Translations under genes and position numbers: made by a program
In this document: positions 59,229 to 64,000 of the stretch, piece by piece
How positions within the stretch are numbered: position 1 is the first letter of the stretch
How the letters are laid out: each line of letters starts with the position of its first letter
Assembly: GCA_030141605.1 (NCBI GenBank)
Contig: JAQGDQ010000174.1
Coordinates: forward strand, 186,001 to 250,000
Source of the DNA: Tubiluchus corallicola
Lineage: Eukaryota; Animalia; Priapulida
Direction of reading: 5' to 3'
DNA length: 64,000 bases
The notes under the pieces: generated by a model
Databases searched by the model: none
Seen by the model: only the letters and a program-made list of their open reading frames with translations
What the model was told of the DNA's origin: nothing

Positions 59229-62200
59229 CTATAAAACAAAAAAAAATCAAAGCCATTAAAAAATATATTGCAAAGATGTAATATTTTAATACAGCACTGT
59301 ATGATATTATCAGGTAAAATTACTGACATGCACAAAGGAACAATAAATACTAATTTTCCATGCTTTTGAATATAACTAAATTGCAATTTAGATAGAAAGG
59401 TAAGAAGGCATTATCATTGTAGACTAAATTCATTCACCAAGCTTAGAAGCAAAAGTGACGGTCGAAATTCTAATAATTAGAAAGAAAGAACTTACAAAAC
59501 TAGTTTTGCGGTGATACAAATGGCAGAAAAACAGTGAAAATTTATTTAAGTTAATTCTGTTATGTACCCATTCTAATATGAAGGAAAAATTGGAAATTAA
59601 AAACGTGTGGTGAGAATTTAATGACAAAGATAATAATATACAAAAATACAAAGAAACTACGAATTTCATTTCAAATAATTCTATAGTTCCATAACAAAGT
59701 TTAACAGACAGAAACCAGTAATGAATTAACAAACTTCATTCACATAATTTACTTATGCTTTCTAAAAATAACAATTCTTTTAAATACATAAAACAAATAC
59801 TGTAAAACCTGTAAACTGGTAAAAAACAGCTAACTAATAAAAACTACTCACCTGGTTTATTTTTTCATCCAACATTCGAAAAAATTCGACTTGACTGGCA
59901 GACACATGTGGCCTAAAAAATTCCATATAGTGATCATATACAATGCATGCAAGTTTCTTATAAAAAAAACTATAAATATCTGAAAAGATAGTGCTGAATG
60001 TATACAAACGTTTTAAAATTCAGTTAAATAGGTTACAAAAGTTCCTAAGTTATGAATTTTCAATGCAAAACATAGCATACAGTGATAAATATTCACTCAG
60101 TCAATAAGTTTTGTAGCCTAAATAAAGCATACTTCCCTTAGGAAGAGAGTTGAGCCAATCCGCTGCCTTACACTTACAATTGATAACACATCTACTACAA
60201 CTATCTACGACATCTACAACTGCTTTGAGCTTAACGTAAAGCTTCCTCTAAACTCATCAACTATTCAGGAATAAAGTTGTCACTTAATTGGACACCTAGC
60301 TTGTCATAGGCAAGTAGCTACAAAATAAAATACTTACGGCCTGGGTGGACCATCACGTATTGGTAGAGTTTCCTGAAAAAAGGTTAGCTATAAAAAAACT
60401 GACTTCACACAGTGCAAATGAAACCTAAGATACGAAGTAAAAAATTTCAAATCTCTTCAAAACCAGCATGAAACCTAAACTTAGGACATGTATACATTGT
60501 TTAAATATGAAACTATTAAAAATAGCTACCAACTTCCCAATTATTCTAGCAAATATGTAAATACTGAATTTTGAATCTTGTGACTTCAAATGATTTACAA
60601 ACCCATAAGTTAACGTACAGCAATCAATAGCTGACTGTGCAGCACAATGTACAACCATTATGCTAAAGGGAAAGAAGAGGAAATTTTAAAGAATGTCCAA
60701 AAAACTTTTCACACAAAGTTATATTATTATTAAGTTTACCTACTCGAAAAACTTATATAAAATGTTTGTGACAACTGGTAAAAAATGACGGACTCACTTT
60801 CTCAGTGTGCATCACTGACTAACCAAAAAACATATTTTTTAATCTTACTGACAAAATACAGTAATGTTAAATTAGTGAATTGTACACTGAGAATGCTCTG
60901 ATTATTTTTCGAACTTTACATAGTGTTATCTAAACTTGTTTCACACGACCTTACATTAATGGTCATCGTGGTAGTTTAAACTTCCAAGTTTTATACAGCA
61001 TTGCTGCTAATACAAGCTCTGTGTACAACAAGGTAGTAGATAGGTGATACAAAACTTCTGGTAAATTTTTTTCGCTTTATATAAGTAAAAGGGTTCCTTC
61101 TGCTTTAGCTTCATGTTCCAAGATAAAAAATCAAAGTATTTGTTGACAACTGCTAATGAATACTAATGAAATAACTTGATCGTGATCAGGAAAGTTGTAC
61201 TTAGTGTTAATTAGCAGCTACACCCGCATTTTGGGCAAATGGCTTTTCACTGACACGACTACTAACTTCAGTAATTTACTGGAGCTACAAAAAAGTAATT
61301 CAAGTACATGGTATTGATGAAGAGCAGTATCAAATGACCAAAGTGTTTAATAGTGACCATTATTTATTGAACTAAATACTATAAAATTTGTGTACCTGAG
61401 GCGTGAAGTGTGGTAGCTCTGTCTTCTTTAATCCTGGTACCAGGGAGTTTGACTTTAATTCCAATGAGTCTTTATTTTTCAAATCTTCTGCTTCTGATGG
61501 CTTATCTCCATCCGGGCCTGTTTTGTCCACAGGCTGCTTTGCTGATTTTTCCTCCACAGAATAATGCTGATGAACAGGTGACTTTTCTTTCTCTTTCACT
61601 GCTACTGCTGCATTTTTTTCAGGCTTATGTTTCTTATCTAAAAAGCACACAAAATATAGTGATGTGTGTTTACTCGAAAAATGACTTTGCTATTTTTGAA
61701 ACATTTCATTATGTTCATTCGCAATTCACAACAAAAATTGTTATGTTATGTCATCTTACGCACTTACCACCACAAAATTTGATGCATGCACAAACTTTTG
61801 GCAGAATTTCAAGAAAAGGGAATAAAGAAAGTATGTTTTGCACATCATTTTATTTATTTTTGGCACTGGAAGCACAGGTAATAACAGAAAAGTATTGAAA
61901 ATTTTTCTGGGTATATAAACCTTCAACTAATGGTGAGAGCATTATAAATATTTTAAAACAAAGTTTTCGAATACAACAAAAATGAAAAATTGCAGTTCTT
62001 CATTTTCGATAATGACCACATTGCTAATGAAATTCACTCAAATGAGTCAGCAAAGAAAGCAAATGAAATTCATGAAAAGTTGCATGCACTATATGTCCAA
62101 GTACCAAGTAAATTTACAAGCTGCACTGCTATAAAATTTTCCACAAGTTCTTAAATTCTTGAAAAAATTTCTTGAAAAAAAGAATTTTGTTAAAGACACA

Positions 62201-62517
62201 TGAAACTTTAAAAGGGGGAAGAATATTTTAACAAAATTTTACTGAATATTGCATAAACAAGCACATTACCTTTGCTACACAATTCTAATGTGTTTTCTTC
62301 AGAGCAATGAATACAAATACTTGTACACTTTATAGCTACACTACATGCCCAAGACGCAATGAACCGACAAAGCGAAAAATATAAATGTTACCAATAAACA
62401 CAAACCAGCATTAGCGATCTCATCCAACTTTAACTGTGCCTTTTTCTCGGTGCCATCACTAGAATGAGACTTTCTATTAAATAATGGTGATACAGCTTTA
62501 CTGCGCCCACAGCCCAT
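59187..62517 (-). CDS. C1orf21: C1orf21-like (DUF4612) protein, 5 coding exons, 163 aa
   Basis: Exons 62517-62406, 61637-61396, 60372-60338, 59912-59852, 59228-59187 join with canonical GT-AG in frame (492 nt). N-terminus MGCGRSK and C-terminal HVSASQVEFFRMLDEKINQG + acidic tail match the MGCxxxK / SQxEFFRMLDEKI signature of C1orf21 as I recall it. Confidence 0.85.
59852..59912 (-). CDS. C1orf21: C1orf21-like coding exon 4 (conserved motif)
   Basis: PHVSASQVEFFRMLDEKINQ|gtgagt. Confidence 0.88.
60338..60372 (-). CDS. C1orf21: C1orf21-like coding exon 3 (35-nt mini-exon)
   Basis: gctaac..tttttcag|GAA..CC|gtaagt; ETLPIRDGPPRP; phase 0-2, required to keep frame. Confidence 0.78.
61396..61637 (-). 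CDS. C1orf21: C1orf21-like coding exon 2
   Basis: ctttttag|AT AAG..; DKKHKPEK..HFTPQ|gtacac; phase 1-0. Confidence 0.8.
62406..62517 (-). CDS. C1orf21: C1orf21-like coding exon 1
   Basis: acaacaATGGGCTGT; MGCGRSKAVSP..IANA|gtttgt; upstream acceptor at 62555-62556 implies a 5'UTR intron. Confidence 0.8.
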
Positions 62518-62787
62518 TGTTGTATGTCTCGATTCATTATACATAAAGTGGGTTCTGACATAAAAACGTCATATTTGCTGTTAAAATATAGAAAAAGGCA
62601 GTTTAAACAGAAATGTCATAATGATATGTTGTCAAATCGCTGCATAAAAATGATAAACATAAACATAATTTGTTTGCATCCTCTCAAAGCACATGTATAA
62701 TGCATGAAATATCATTGACTAATGTGGGGAAAATGAGGGATACTATGGTCTATACATTTCATTTTGAACATATGCCTTGACACCCAC

Positions 62788-62806
62788 TTGTGTCGGCGCC
62801 ATGTTT
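62788..62806 (-). promoter_or_regulatory. Possible first (non-coding) exon end / YY1-like motif of the C1orf21-like gene
   Basis: Minus strand AAACATGGCGCCG (YY1-type AANATGGCG) followed by candidate donor CAA|gtgggt; no transcript support. Confidence 0.3.
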
Positions 62807-64000
62807 GCAAACGTATAACTGTTTAAAAGTGTACAATGTTAATGCACTTACAGAAAGTTTCAAAGTAACGCGCGTTAATTTAAATACGTTTAATTGTATA
62901 GAATATTAAAATAAACTGAAGGTTGTTTGCTCCTTGACTTTTTCTTCTATGCCAAATAAATAAATTCACTTGAAATTGAACTCAAAAATACTACCCTAAT
63001 CTACTACATTAATGACAAGAATATAAATATGAATTTCCAAGTTTTGTGCTGAATTTCTATGAAAAATAATCCTAAAAATCTCTAACCTGCCAACAAGGCA
63101 GCCATGTCACATTCACTGCTGCTCATTTGCTATGTCGCCGAATTATAAACAAGAGAAATCATGCATTGACTACGACGCCCACGTCCTTGCGAGATTATAA
63201 GTGATGGTATAAAAAGATTATTGCAATTATTAAAACTACAAAATGCTAAAAATTAATATCAAAAGTTGTCTTAGTTTTTGAAATGGGGTTTTTACCAACG
63301 AATAAAATTCATTACTCGCTCCAACTGATCCTTTACTTTTTTCCTCAGAAAATGTGTGAACTAAAATTTTCCAATGGATTCAGTTTATTAGTTTATTTTA
63401 TTTCCAAAATGCCTAAAAGTACAACATTGTTATATTTTTACGAAGAGGCTGTTACTACAACAAATAGACAAAATTTACCATAAATTGCTAACGGCTCAGG
63501 CGAAGAAGACAGACTTGTACAGGACTGAACAGAAAGGAAAGTGGAAAGAGAAAATGTAAAAGGCCCAGGATAAAGAGCAAAAAATGAAATACAAGGGTGA
63601 TAGTAAGGGTAAGGAAATGACAATGAAGAGTGAAAAAGATGATGATGAAAATGAAGACTAGATTCGCATGAGAATGTAAACAGAAACAAATCAGTCAGCA
63701 GAGTCACTGCAAAAGTAGTAGGAGTCATGTCATGGACAATAACCTTGGTACTTTTTCTATACTTCTTAGTTATTCTTCGTCTCCTTCTTCATTCTTGTAC
63801 GGCATTATGACAAATAACGATTCAAAATTGTAATACAACTAAAATCGTTTAATTCGGAATTTTGGATTAGACTATTTCATATTTTCTAAAGATTTTTATA
63901 TTGTACTACATTTGAATTCTCTTTGGACTCATAACTTATCTCACATTCCGAAAGCCTATTGTTATTAAGCGTGTTATGAAGTTATAGGTATAAAAATATA

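Noticed and set aside
61410-61898. 162-aa plus-strand ORF
   Set aside because: Antisense to C1orf21-like exon 2 and intron; no recognisable protein features.
63438-63728. Purine-rich stretch and 96-aa minus-strand ORF
   Set aside because: Compositionally biased, no motif or splice support.

Overview
AT-rich, intron-rich animal (invertebrate-like) genomic DNA, not prokaryotic. Bases ~668-55761 (+) hold the 3' part of a hemicentin-1-like (fibulin-6/HMCN1) gene. I traced 62 coding exons by splice sites and phase into one continuous frame of about 3,326 aa: 23 I-set Ig domains, 6 TSP1 repeats, a G2F/nidogen domain, about 9 calcium-binding EGF modules and a fibulin-type C-terminal domain. The 5' part of the gene lies upstream of the window. 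A small 5-coding-exon gene on the minus strand (59187-62517) converges on it and encodes a 163-aa C1orf21/DUF4612-like protein. Introns hold MITEs (PIF/Harbinger-, piggyBac-, hAT- and mariner-like), LINE and SINE remnants and satellites. Most notable: (i) an extra exon inside one Ig domain that carries a furin site (RLKR) followed by an RGD; (ii) tandem duplications straddling splice junctions, giving an array of 11 donor sites and an array of 6 branchpoint+acceptor units, three of them in frame and stop-free; (iii) direct adjacency of hemicentin and C1orf21-like, which are also linked on human 1q25. All family assignments come from motif recognition; no searches were run.
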